Shown here in pieces: positions 37,891-50,717 of a stretch of 64,000 nucleotides of DNA. Position 1 is the first letter of the stretch. Each line of letters starts with the position of its first letter. This DNA is from Camelus dromedarius (taxonomy: Eukaryota): NCBI RefSeq assembly GCF_036321535.1, contig NC_087437.1, positions 34,722,001-34,786,000 of the forward strand, in the 5' to 3' direction. A program made the translations under genes and the position numbers. The notes beneath the pieces were generated by a model. It had not been told where the DNA came from, made no database searches, and worked only from the letters and a program-made list of their open reading frames with translations.

Positions 37891-39079
37891 CTCATGGTCA
37901 CATGACTCCCCGTGACAGGGCCAGCCCTGGAATGCTAGTGTCGTGGTGCACACGTGTCCCTGTAGCATCTGCCTCGTGCATGGAAAGTAGAGTAGCTTAG
38001 TGGAGGTTGGACTTCTGTGCTTTCTGAATGGACTCCTCTGGTCAGCCCAGCTTTAGTCAATGAAGCACTCTTAGCTATTACCATGTACATTCCAAGCATT
38101 TTTAGGTTTCTTAGGCTTTGACCTCTTAGTGGATTATTCCCAGTCTCATTTGCTAAGGATTATGGAGTCCCTAAATCATGTCCTTTAAGTGCAAATTGGT
38201 ATTCCACAGCTCTTCTTAAAGAGACCTTCACTCCACTGAAGGAAGAAGACACAATAGCTCATTTCATCTTAAGAATCAGAGTTCTCTTACCCTGCAATCT
38301 AAGGCAGTATTTTCTACATTAAATTATTTGAGTTCCATCTTGACACTTTTCCTTTTGGATTACCGTCCCTACTGTTATTACCTTAATATTTTTTCATTAA
38401 ATTGACTTTATTTTACCTACATATACTTAAAAAAGGTAATAACTGTGAACTCACAGGTTGATTTCATTACATTGCTCATTATATTTGTTCAGATTGTTTA
38501 TTATATACTTGTTTCATTGTATTGTTTCCAGTTCTCTTTGAAGTAAGTAACTAAGTATAAAAAATGATCCTCATGCCATCTAAAAATTTCTCTTGTATGT
38601 GTGCTGTGTTTTGGAAAACGTTACTCAGGACCATCTGGGTCTAGTGGTTGAATGGTGAAAGAAGGAAGGAATAAAAAAGATAAATTAAAATAATACTGTT
38701 TTAAGCATATAAATTATATAGGTGATAAATTCCTTGACTTCAAGCCCCTGTTATTGTCAAGGTACAGTTGTGCATGTAAAGAAGGAAGTCTAACAAAATG
38801 ACATTTCATTTGGACCTTAAGTGCTTGACTTTTTTTTTTTTTTTTTTGATGCCTATTCATTGAATGGCACTGGGGTCATAGACCACATAAATGTAAATGC
38901 TACACTGTACATCTTGTCAAGAAGGCCAGTCTTTGTGCCAGGAAAAGGAATGTTTGTCCTTGTTGCAGGAAACAGAGGCAGAAGCAAATGAGGTCAAGTT
39001 CAGATTGCCCAGCCAAAGGCAGGACCTTCGGAGGCCAGAAGAACAGATTGGAGAGCTTGGTTAAAATGAAGGGAGTGGA

Positions 39080-39245
39080 CAGGGCTGCTTCAGGGGCACG
39101 TGACCTGTGTGGTTGCAGCTTCCCACGTTTAGAAGGGCCATGTACTTGGGCTCTGCTGACACTATCTTGAAATTCTTAATAATTCTGAAAAGGGGGTCCT
39201 GAATTTTCATTTTACCCTGGGCTCTGCAAATGTAGTTAGTTCCTG
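39080..39245. mobile_element. MER53 hAT MITE
   Basis: Contains cagggctgcttc...tcttgaaattcttaataatt...ttcattttaccctggg...cctg. Confidence 0.85.
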
Positions 39246-42229
39246 GGATAAGGTAGGAAGGTGTTTATCGAAAGCTTCATGGAATAGAAATGGAAGAGTG
39301 AAAACTAGAAATGAGTTGCAAAGAGGAGATTTCACGTACTACATGGTGGATCCTTTTTGATTAACCTCTGCTCACAGGTTAAGGGATCCAACAATGGATT
39401 CCAGGATTCCTTTTGCCTTAAACTCCTAGGCTGGCTGGCTGCCTTCCTGTCTTCCTTTCAGGGTTATAGAGGAACAGAGGGAATGGCAAATTATACGAGG
39501 AAAACTTGGGCCATGCAATGAACTCACCCTTAAGAACTTGAAAAAAGTGTGCAATAAGATTGGTCTCTGTGAATTACATTGTAAAATTAACCCCTGGTGG
39601 ATCTAGCAGGGGCTGGCACGTGTAAATATCCATCAAGAGCGGCCGTGAAGACCACAGGGAATGGGGAGCAGTCAGGGTGGACATCAGAGGAGGCATGACC
39701 TGTGTAAGGAAGAGCTGTGTTCTACTTCAGCCTGTTTTTGTCGTGTTGCGTTCAGCCATGTCCTTGTCTCGTGTGGCTAAATCCTTCGGGTTTGTTAGGA
39801 GGAACTGGAAACCTGGATTTTTTTTTTTTTTTTTTGACTGTGACATTTTCCAATTAAAAAAAAAATACTGTGTGAACGAAATAGAACATGTGCAATTGAA
39901 TTCATTTCAATCCTTAAATAGACATTAAAAAGAAAAAAACTTGTTTTCTAAAGGTAAACATGGAAAATGACCAAATTACTGTTTTGGAGACAGACAGCCA
40001 TAGAAATAGACCTAATGTGCATGCCTTTGACGAGGCCATCCCTAGTAAGGAGATGGAGTTCGGGCAAGAGTCGCCAGTGGATGCTGAGGATTATGATACA
40101 GAAGGAGCTCCAGATGTTCTGTGTCGGGAAGCTCAGGGATTAAAAGGGAGATCAGTTTTGGGAGACCTATTTTGGAGCTGTGTTTGCGTAGCAAACTCAC
40201 TGTTTTTGCTCAGATTCTAGGACACAGGTCATAAAAATTAATTCAGCTTTCTAATATATACTTTCCCTCACACTTTCGGAAAGATTGGAAAGACAGCAAC
40301 TGCCCATCTCTAGGAATGGACAGTAGAGGTTCAGGGCTGCTACACATTCAAGAGGAGTAAATTTTCTCACTCCCCTAGAACAATCTTTGGTTCCCCGCTG
40401 TTATAGTTTATTGTTAAAACAAGATACTATGAACTGGACATCAGACTTTCTTTGTCTGATGCCATTAAAATGCAGTTCATCTACCCCCCCCCCCACCATT
40501 GTGTGCTCATCTTTTTTTCTTTTTTTAAATTGTTTGTCTTCCCAAATGAATCCCCAGAGAGAGGGGAATGGGTTGGTTCTGAAGGTTAGAATATTAGGTG
40601 TGTCTGTGACTATTGTTAATTGTAATTTAATAAATTGACATTCTGGTGTGATGCTTATGACTATGGTTACTGTCGATCTGCTAGTGAAATTTGGAATCTC
40701 TCTGGTGGTCTGCTGTGCAGTTTTGAACTTGCGAAGACCCTATACTATGGCAAATTTGCCAAAGTAATGAATGTCACTTTGGGAGACTCCTTGGCAGGCC
40801 TTTCCCTGAATGACACCCAAAATATGCCCTGAATGTATGCATCTTTCCTATTTGAGTTTCTTTAGTAGTAAAAATGAGACATACAGTGCATAAAAATCAT
40901 GAGATGAAGAGGACTAGCCCCATAAAAGTAGATTTCAGGGGATTTCAGATGAGCTGGAGAAATGCTGGCTCAAGCAACAGTAGGTTGGTTTCTTTTTACA
41001 AGGACTTTTTTCAGAGCATTTCATTTCCTAATGAGTGATCTCTAGTAGGAACACATGGTAAGTAGTGTTTCCTGACTTCATTTACTAATGGTAACTTTAA
41101 AATGTTTCCTTTGGCAGGGCCTTTGGAAAACACCACAAAATATTTACAAAGCATGGCTTTAAGAATGCACCAAAATAGAGTTACTTCTGGAATTCTCCTG
41201 GGGGAGAGATAGGTGTCTAATGAGTTAGGGGAATTTTTGTTGAACCCCAGTTTGCATTGGGTACCAAAGAATCTACCCGAGTCTCCTGAAATTCACAGGA
41301 AAGCCTACTGTGACCATTTGCTTATGAGGCATTTGAACCTGGAATTATCCCAGTGGACCCAGGACAGAAATGCAATTTGGCAGTCTGGTCTTGGGAATTT
41401 GGATCTACATGTTGTGAGTCAGCCTGGAATTCCCAGAGTCTAAGACTTCCTTTATCTGTGTATTTCTTCTCCTGATAGCTCACTTCTTAAAAGGGAACTT
41501 GGAAGGTTGCTTATCAAGCCCTATCCCAGAACTCAGCTGTATTCTCACAGGGAGGACTCGATGACTACGATGACTACGATCGTTAACTATCTTTATAGAG
41601 ATTACCTTCAGCAGATCAGAGGTCAGATTATAGAGTAATGTGGTTTTATAAACAGTCATATCATTTTCTTTGATTCTAGAATTAGGAGAGTGAATGCCAA
41701 ACTCTAAACATGAAATGGTGATTGCAAGTACAACTCAATTGTGTATTCCTGGTGTGTAATGACAACATTGAAAGAAAAATTGATTAGTATTTTTAAAACG
41801 GCAGGAAAATTATTTCCTGCCCAAACATTGATTAGTCTTTGAACAGGCTTTCTTATAATCCTTTTCTTCCATAGACTGCAGGGTCATATTTTATGTGGAG
41901 TCAAGCAGAGAAACCTACTTGCTGCAATTAAATTTATTGCTGCTTTTTTCAGCAGGTGCAAATAGCTTTGTCTTCAGTAGTTACACTTTCCTGGCTTGAT
42001 AACATATCAGGACTTCTTTAGTTTTACTTTGATTAAAGAAACTATTGTCTTGTATCATGAAGTGTGGAAACAATGAAATATTAAAGTTTTCTGATGATAT
42101 ATATTCCCCTCTTTGGCTTACAAATAGCAATTTGCTTAGCATTCTTGCAAGGATACTTTAAAATACCATTAGCTGAAGTTCATGTAATGTTAATTTGTTA
42201 CTGGTTAGAGGTAATATAAAATACAGTGA

Positions 42230-42720
42230 TAAAGAAGACTGAAGTCCTTTCTCTCAGGGAACTTCAGATCCATCTGAGGACTTAAGACATAGAAATAAGA
42301 TAAATATTAGCATGAGAGAATTTATGTTGAGTCCCACATGAGTGGTTTAGAATATTGAATAACTGGTCTAGGATTTCAGAGGGAGAGAGACTTTTTATGC
42401 ATCCTGGGGTAGTTGGGAACAACGCATGCAGGAGCCGAGCCTTGAGCTGGTCCCTGAAGATGAGAAGGATTCAGCCAGGTCGAAAGGTAGGAAGGATGCT
42501 AGTGGCATTACCAAAGGTAGCTGGACTGGAAGGTGCCTACCTTTTCAACAGTAAGTAGACCCGTTTGGCTCAAATAGAGGGACCCATGAAGGAGAATAAT
42601 GGGAAACAAAGCTGGAAAGGTAGGTTGAGTTCAAATTAGAAAGGGCTTTTAATGACAAAGGAATTTAGACTTCATTCGGTAGAACATGGATAAACAGCGA
42701 AGGTTCTTGGACAAGAATAA
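42230..42720 (-). mobile_element. L2
   Basis: Contains cttgagctggtccctgaagatgagaaggatt...aaggaatttagacttcatt. Confidence 0.8.
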
Positions 42721-43494
42721 GTAGCAGATGCAAGAAATGGCTGTTTAGTTAGAGTAGCACAGCACACAGCTGTGAACTAAAGTGCCTTGTGACGGGGACA
42801 GTGGTGAACTCCATGAGCATGCTCCGACTTCACTGCCGATGGGATTGTAGGCTGGGTTGGCTGCTTAGTTGTCATTCTTCTCTTTATTTTCCCTGTTCTC
42901 TTTTAAAGCTTGTATAAAACTTTTTTTTTTCAGTCTTAAAATGCATTAATTCAAATTTGACCTTCCTTGCTGCATGATAGTTTGAATACCCAGAGCTATT
43001 TTCAGTTGTTCCAGATTGTCATGAGTTTGATGTCCAGGTGCCAACTGGAAGGGCCAAACCTGGCCTGTGGAGGATTGTTTTAAAAATCTGATTCTAAATT
43101 AAGCACTTTGGGACAGAAAAATGAGATGTGGCCTAGTTCTATCTCAGCATTTAACTGAAAGTATATGTGTTTTTCTTTGCTTAAATATTTGTCTGGATGT
43201 TTCAGACTCAAAAGGCATAGAACCCAGAGCCAAGAATATTTAGATTCCTCTTCACTCCTTTTTTTTTTCTAGAGCAGTTTTTGGCTTCTGCTATACTTAA
43301 AAAGTTATACCTATAAAAGAATTTCTCCAAATATTAGGTAATAGTTCTCAAAAAATGTTTTATTCCTGGCCTTCCTATTTCATCTCTCACAAATTATAGA
43401 AATGGAATTTAATTTTTTTGAAGTGTGAGCCATTATTAAAAGTTAGACTTTTAAACATCTAAAATTAAGTTCTAAAGGACAGTGTTTATATTAG

Positions 43495-43990
43495 CAGCAG
43501 GAGTTGTGTATAAGTAGATCACAGTACAAGCTTTGGAGCCAGAAAAACCTGGTTTCAAGCCCTTCCTCTGCCGTTCACTGTTTGGATGACCTGAGTGTAT
43601 TACTGTTACCACACATCGTTTTTTGAGTTCCATGGGTGGAACTTAAAGCAGATTCTTACACTCTATGTAAGTGGAATTTATTCTGAGACTCACAGTGACA
43701 GAATATGGATAAAAACATAAACAGACTTTTAAGGGGATCTCAGCCTGAAATCTTTCTGACACTTGTTGGGATACAGACTAGAGGATGTGGAGAGAGTCTC
43801 TGGGCAAAAAGTGGAGTTAAGGGTTGTGTCTTCTCAGAATCTAGGACCTTATTCTCTCTGAGCCTCAGCTTCTTCATCTTTAATTTGGAGAACAATACTT
43901 ACCTTATAGGTTATTATGAAGATAAAAATAAATGATTTAGCACAATGCTAGGTCTATACAGGGCACTCAGTAAAATAGTAGATGTTGTTA
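43495..43990 (+). mobile_element. MIR split by an approximately 245-bp insert (43604-43847)
   Basis: 5' half ctttggagccagaaaaacctggtttcaagccc; 3' half ctctctgagcctcagcttcttcatc. Confidence 0.8.
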
Positions 43991-44169
43991 TTGTTGTTGT
44001 TGGGATTTGAGTGGGTTTAGTTTAAATTAATTTTGTTTTTTAGCTGTGCCCCTCTTTTTCCTGTATTTTATTTCCTTTCCACTAACCTAGAGGATATGGA
44101 TGTGTTCACAGCCTAGGATCTTGAGCTAAGAGGAAAAAATAAGAAAAAAAGAAAACAATAGGGATCAGA

Positions 44170-44355
44170 GTTACCTTTTAAGGAAGGTGCCAGGAAACTG
44201 CCACATAATACCCTTCCATCCCATTGGCCAAAACTTAGTCACATGGTCATGCCTGGCTGCAGTGGAGGCTGGGAAATGTAGTCTTCCCAGGTAACCATTA
44301 CCATTGAATAGGGGAACATCTGTTTTTGATGGATAGCCAACAGCCTTTGCCAGGA
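44170..44355 (-). mobile_element. MLT1J-like MaLR fragment
   Basis: Contains cccattggccaaaacttagtcacatggtcatgcctggctgcagtggaggctggga. Confidence 0.8.
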
Positions 44356-44904
44356 CATTCAATATGCTCCTGTGTCTTAGACCAGCATCCCCATGGAAAC
44401 TAAACTAATTGTGATGTTTTTCTCATGGACATATAATCATCTTAAATATTCTATATGTTTTCATTTCACTGATATTCTGTAGAATATTCTGAAACTGTAG
44501 AATAGTTTCCCCTTGGTTTTTAATCTACTGTAAAGCATTCTGACTTTCCAATTAAAAAAGTTAAGGTTTTGTTTGTAATCAGTCTAGTATTTCTAGTATT
44601 TCTTTTTATTGTAGTGAAGTGTTAAAATTGGGGATCTGATCTCAATAGAGTCTCACCTCAGTCTCAACTGATACACACTTTGTGCTAGTTTCTGCTTTGC
44701 AATCACAGATTCTGTACTGGTCATCACCTCTAGAATTCTGAGGGTCAGACGCAGTAAAATATATGCCACAATCACAGTGAGAACAAATATTAAAAAAAAA
44801 CTTATCACATATCTGAAAATAACCTTTTGTGTACTAAAACCTGCTGTTGCAAACACTCTTGTACTTTTTCTGTTTTTCACCATCTTTTGGGGTCCTTAAC
44901 CTGA

Positions 44905-46875
44905 ATTTTTAAAAGATTTTTATTTTGAGATAGTTGTAGATTCACAAGAAATTGTAGGAAATAATACAGAGATACCCCATATACCTTTCATACATTTTCG
45001 CCCAAAAGTAACATCTTGTATAACTATAGTATAATATCACAATGAGGAAATTGACTTTAATATAATCTAATAATAGTGCTTATTGAGATTTCACTGGCTT
45101 TACATGTGCTCATTTGTGAGTGAGTGTGTATGCATGCATGTGTAATTCTGTACAATTTTATAACATGTATAGATTTGTGTGATCACACCACTGTCAAGAT
45201 ACAGAACAGTTCCATCAACATAAGTCTCCTTTGTGTTACTCTTTTTAGCCACAGTTACTTCTTTTCTTTCCTCCTCCCTAACTTCTGACAACCCTGGTCT
45301 GTTCTCCATCTTTGCCATTTCAAGAACATTACATAAATAGAACCATGAAGTATGTTACCTTTTATTTTTGGTAAACATTCTGGGCTTAGGAACCACTGTT
45401 TAAGTCTTAGTCATTTACCACAGAAAAGAGGACAAACAACAGCTCTGTCCTCCAGACTCTAGATAGCTTCCCTACTTCACAGAGATGTTTATAAAAATAC
45501 ATAAATCTGATATGCATGATTTTTTATTAATTAAAATTTTTATTAAAATAATTATATATCTAAGTTGTTGAGATTGGCTTTCTTCACTCGGTATAATTGC
45601 CCTGAGATACATCCAAGTCGTGTGTATCAGTAGTTCATTCCTTTTTATTGCTGTGTAGTATTCCATGGTGGAAGGACATTTGTTTTGTTTTCAGTTTTTG
45701 GCTAACACAAATAAAGCCGCTATGAACATTTATGTACAGGTTTTTGTGTGAACATAAGTTTTCTTTTGTTTTCTTTTCTGTGGGGTAAATGTCTGAGAGT
45801 GCTTTTTCTAGGTCGTATAAGAAGTGCGTGTTTAGTTTTATAAGAAACTGCCATACTCTTCCTCTAAGCAATGTTAAAACCAGTTTCTCAGCATTCTCTG
45901 GGTCCTCGCCAGATTTGGTATTTCTTTCTTTCTTTCTTTCTTTCTTTTTTTACCTTTAGCTAATTTAACGTGTGTAGTGATGTGTAACGAGATTTTGATA
46001 AGCATTTCTGTAATGAGAATCCCTTTCTCTACCTGCCCTCTCCCCCTATATATGTATCTCCAGTAAGCACACAAAGAGAATATGGCATAGCTTCTTTGGA
46101 GAAATGTCGATTTAGATCCTTTGCCCATTTTAAAATTGAGTTATTTATCTTTTCATTGTTGAGCTATGAGAGTTCCTTATATATTTTGGGTATAATTCTC
46201 TTATCAAATATATAATTTGCAAATATTTTCTACATTCTTTGAGTTTTTTCTTTTTCACTTTCTTGTAGCACAAAGGTTTTTAATTTTAATGAAGTCCATT
46301 GGGAAAAAATATATATATTTGTCTCTTGTGTGCTTTTCTTGTTGTATTTAAGAATCCATTGCCTGACCCAATATCACAAATTTACTCCAATGTTGTCTTT
46401 TAAGAGCCTTATATTTTTGATTCTTACATTTAAGTCTGTGGTCCATTTTGAGTTAATTTTTGTGTATGGTGTAAATATTTCTAATGCTTTAAAATTTTTT
46501 CCAGCTTTATTGAGATATAACTGACATATAACATTGTATGAGTTTAAGCTGTACAGCATGATGATTTGATACACATATATATTGTGAAATGATTACCACA
46601 GTAAGGTTAGTTAATACCTCTATCACCTCATATAATTACTATTTTTCTTTGTTGTGGTAACATTTAAGATCAACTCTCTTAGCAACTTTCAAGTAATACA
46701 GTATTGTTAACCATGGTTGCCATGCTGTGCTTTAGATCCCTAGAACTTAGTCATTGTATTTCTTATGCTTTTTTATATAAGTTTTATAATTTTTCATTTA
46801 TATTTAAGCCTGTGATCCATTCGAGTTAATTTTTGTAAAAGGTATGTCCAGTTGTGCCAGTACCATTTGTTGAGC
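44905..46875 (-). mobile_element. Nested cluster of old L1 fragments
   Basis: L1M 3' end ttttattttgagatagttgtagattcaca plus antisense ORF2-end motifs. Confidence 0.88.
46491..46756 (-). mobile_element. L1MA-like 3' end nested in an older L1
   Basis: Starts cagctttattgagatataactgaca; 15-bp TSD tatttct(a/t)atgcttt at 46476-46490 and 46757-46771. Confidence 0.88.
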
Positions 46876-47866
46876 TCAAATACAATTTTTAGGTTAAAAT
46901 TTAACTGTCTCATATACAGTTAGACTTCAAGCTGGATTTTCTGCTGAGAAGGAAGTACATCAGATGGAATCTTCAACTTATTAGCCTTTAAAAAAGAAAA
47001 ATAAATAGGAAGTAAAGGTTTCAAGAGACTAAGAAGAAGGTGAACCACCTCAGTTTTTCCATCTGCAAAAGGAAGGTAATACTTCTTGTCAAAATAAAAA
47101 AATAAGGAGTAAAATTAGAAATCCCAATTTCTCGTTATAAAGGTCCATTTATCTATAAATACCACTTAAAACACTTACAAATGGAATAGTATTTGATAAG
47201 GTTATCTCCCAGTAAAGAATGTGGACAGGAGGTTTCTCCTTAAAGATGAAAACACATGTTATTTTTAAAGTTGTAAGGTGTTCAGGCTAAAATAATGAAC
47301 TACTATTTAAAAAAAAAAAAAGAGTTGGCTTTTCATATTGTAAGTCTTTTTGTCTGGAACTTGGTACATCCATGTCCTTAATTAGGTTGTTTGTGAACAG
47401 CTGGTGGACATACGGTAGAGTTACACCTCATTAATAGAATATAAATTTTCCATGTGGTTTTGTTGCCTCTTTTTTTCTCAGTTATTTTGCTTTAAGACAA
47501 ATTTCTGTTTTATGGAAGTCTGGCCTTTTTGTCTTGGGAAACCTCTGCAGATACTTGTATTTGTTTTAAATTACCCATCATCTCTTAAGTTTTACAGTCA
47601 TGCATTAGATACTACCTCTTGTGTTCCTTTAAAATTAGGATCATTGGGTTGCTCAATTTGAAAGATATATAACGATTATAACATGTAAGATAAGCTTTTC
47701 AAACTACAGCCTCCTGTTATCTGGAGTAGCTGGATAACTAAGAATTACCATGTAACTGTAGGTGAGTTATCAGTGAAATCAGTAGGTTAGTTATAGAGTA
47801 TGTTTGACATTGACATTGACAGTGTAGCTAGGGCTTTTGCTGTGCTCTTTTAAAGAGGTTTTTCTT

Positions 47867-47999
47867 GGGGGAGGGTATAGCTCAAGTGGTAGAACACATG
47901 CTTAGCATGTATGAGGTCCTGGGTTCAATCCCCATATAACTCCTCTAAAAATAAATAAACCTAATTATCTCCCTCAGCCAAAAAAATAATTAAAAAAAA
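47867..47999 (+). mobile_element. tRNA-derived SINE, camelid Vic-1 type
   Basis: ggggagggtatagctcaagtggtaga (A box), ggttcaatcccc (B box), then aaataaacctaatta and an A-rich tail. Confidence 0.9.
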
Positions 48000-48339
48000 T
48001 TTTTTAATAGAAGAATTTTATTTATTGGCATACAGTTTTATAATTCACATACCATTAAATTTACCCTTTTAAAGTATATGATTTAGTTATTTCCTCTTTA
48101 AAACTCCCTCTTGATTCTCACAGTCAGAAGTCACGATTGTGAGTTAATACAGTATTGTGTTAGTTTTATATCCTGGTGCATCATGTTCTGATACATAGTA
48201 GATATTTAATAAATATTTTCATGAATTGATGAATTCTGGATGACAGTAGTTTGGGGAGTATAGTAGTGCAGATAAGTCTGTTTTGGGGGGACTTGGTAGA
48301 TTTTTTAAAAACTTCAGGATAAATGGTGTTTTTGTACAT

Positions 48340-49060
48340 CTTATTCCCTTTTCAGTGCACTGTGTTTAGGCTTCTGGCCCCCGACAGTGTACTGAAATTG
48401 CTCTTGCTGGGTCAACATTGACCCAGTTTCCAAACCCAGTGTGCCTTTCCCCCCATTGCTGTCTTTTTGGAGCTGTCTGCTACACTTGACTCTATTATAG
48501 CTACTCCACTTACGAAGCTCTTCACTCTCTTCTTTCTGGATCAGTGTGCTGTTCCCCATCTCCTCTTGTCAGCCGTCACATCCCCACAGGCTCCTGTTTC
48601 TCTGACTGCATCTTCAGTTTTTGTTGGTGTCCCCAGGTTGTATCTTGGGCTCCTGCCCTTTTGTACATGCACTGGGGCATCCCAGCTACTCTCTCTCTTT
48701 CTGTTCTCTGACCGTATGCCCCAGACTGGGGTCTTGAGTGAACATCCTTCTAACCACTGCGCTTGTCTCCTCAGTATTGCCACCAGGATAGTCCAAAGCT
48801 TCACAAGTTCTACATGTCTAAAATGAAATTCCCCTTCTTTCCTGCAGAATTAATTCTTCTCTATTCTCTATTCTCTCTCTCTCTCTCTTTTTTATCTCTC
48901 TCTCTCTCTCGTATGTTGAAAGCACCATCTACTCAAGATCCTTCTTCCCCACTTATCCCCTTCACATTAGCCATGAAGACCATTCAGTTTTGGCCCCAGC
49001 TATTTTACAAATTAATTTTATAATTCCAAAACTACTGCTGTCTCACTCCAGTACTGCTGC
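48340..49060 (+). mobile_element. Degenerate L2 (3' part of ORF2)
   Basis: Pyrimidine-rich L2 motifs (actgaaattgctctt, ccagactg, tacatgtctaaaatgaa). Confidence 0.75.
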
Positions 49061-50326
49061 AGAGTGGAGAGTGCACGTGGGGAGTAGAGGAATGGACAAC
49101 GTCCAGCCCAGTGACTTCATTTTTACCTCAGGTTAGGAATTCCAGACTTACCAGTTATAGGGGCAGATGTTAAACACAAATATCTGTGTTATTTTCTGGC
49201 CCTGATATTTCTGGAATCCCTCATTATTTTTTCTCCTCACCTATCCATGCACTCTGTCTTGATTTACTGCCTGGCCTGGACCACCCTAGAATTCCCTGGG
49301 CTGCCTGAGAAAGACTTGAGTTTTTTTCAGAGCCTCATGGCATCTCCAACAGGGAATGTTCTCCAGATCTTCTCTCACATTCAGTGTACCCTGTATTTGA
49401 GTGGCAGGCAGAGGCCTCTGGGATGTCCAGGAGGCTTACAATCTCTAAGCCCAGCCTAGAGCTTGGGCTGGAACTGAGGACAGTTTCAGTTTTTTCTGGA
49501 CTCTTCAGGGAGCAGGTCTGCTTAGCTGGCCGGCCATCAGTCTGTAGCTCCGTGTCTTAGCTTCACTGCTAAACCCATGGGAGGAGGGAGCTTACTTCAC
49601 TTTAAGGAAGGTTGCTTTTTTGTCATTACTGTTGTTCCTTCTCTGTCCTCTCCCATACTCGTCAGAGAATAATTTCTTTCTCCACTCATTCCTGTATCCT
49701 TCCAGTGCCCATTCATAAGGAGACCTCCTTGTCAGTATGTCATTTTGCACATTTGCTTTTATTCTCCTCCTACTGTCACAAAGGATTTAAAATATTACAC
49801 AGCTGTAAGACCTGATAGCTGTTAAATTTCACTTAATTTTATGCAGCTTTTTTTTTTTTTTCTAATAGCAGAGTGGGGTAAAGGAATCTCGTTGAGAAAA
49901 TCGAGGTATGGTTCCTGTCACCAGAGATGATTAAAAATTAAAGATGGTACTTGCTTCTGATTAATCTGTGTTTACTTAAGTAGATGTAGTTTTGATTGTC
50001 TACCATCTAGGGTGAAAAAAAGGCATCGAAGCAGTGACTCTATTCTTTTCTTCACAAAGCTGAGGGCTGTGTCCAAACTTGAGGCTAACCTGTGTGAAAA
50101 TAGGCAATTCAAATGCTGTTTTGTTTTTAAGAAGTAAATTACCTCTGACAGTAGATTCCGTGGCTCCTTGGCAGGCGTAATTTGATTCAGAACAATGCTT
50201 TCCAAGTAGAGGCAAACTATTCCTTTTAGGAAAGTAGATATTCCTGGAAGAGGTAAATACTTCATCTTTGAGAAGAAGTGTATTAAACTATTGAAATCAT
50301 TTATTGAGCATCTAACCTGAAGCTTT

Positions 50327-50717
50327 TTTTAAAAAAACTTTTTAAAATTAAAAATATAGTTGAGTTACAGTATTGTGTTAGTTTCAGGTATACAGCACAC
50401 TGATTCAGTTATTTTTTTCTAATTATATTCTATCACAGGTTATTACAAGATAGTGAATATAATTCCCTGTGCTGTACAGTAAATCCTTGTTGCTCATCTG
50501 TTCTATGTATAGTAGTTTTCATCTGTTAGTCCCATACTCCTAATTTGTCCCTGCCCCTCCTCCCCTTTGGTAACCATAAGTTTGTTTTCTGTGAATCCGT
50601 TTCTGTTTTGTATATAGATTCATTTATATTATTTTTTAGATTCCACATGTAATAATATCATATAGTATTTGTCTTTCTCTGCCTTACTTCACTAAGTATA
50701 ATATTTTCTAGCTCTAG
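50327..50717 (-). mobile_element. 5'-truncated L1 3' end
   Basis: Contains atatagttgagttacagtattgtgttagtttcaggt; 13-bp TSD aac(c/t)tgaagcttt at 50314-50326 and 50718-50730. Confidence 0.92.

Noticed and set aside
45472..46574. L1-like ORFs (MEYYTAIKRNEL..., TPYTKINSKW...)
   Set aside because: They are fragments of decayed L1 ORF2, not genes.
47867..47940. tRNA gene
   Set aside because: It has A and B boxes but continues into a SINE body and A-rich tail, so it is a SINE.
49428..49455. miR-708-like word aggaggcttacaatct
   Set aside because: Only a partial match, with no complementary arm seen.
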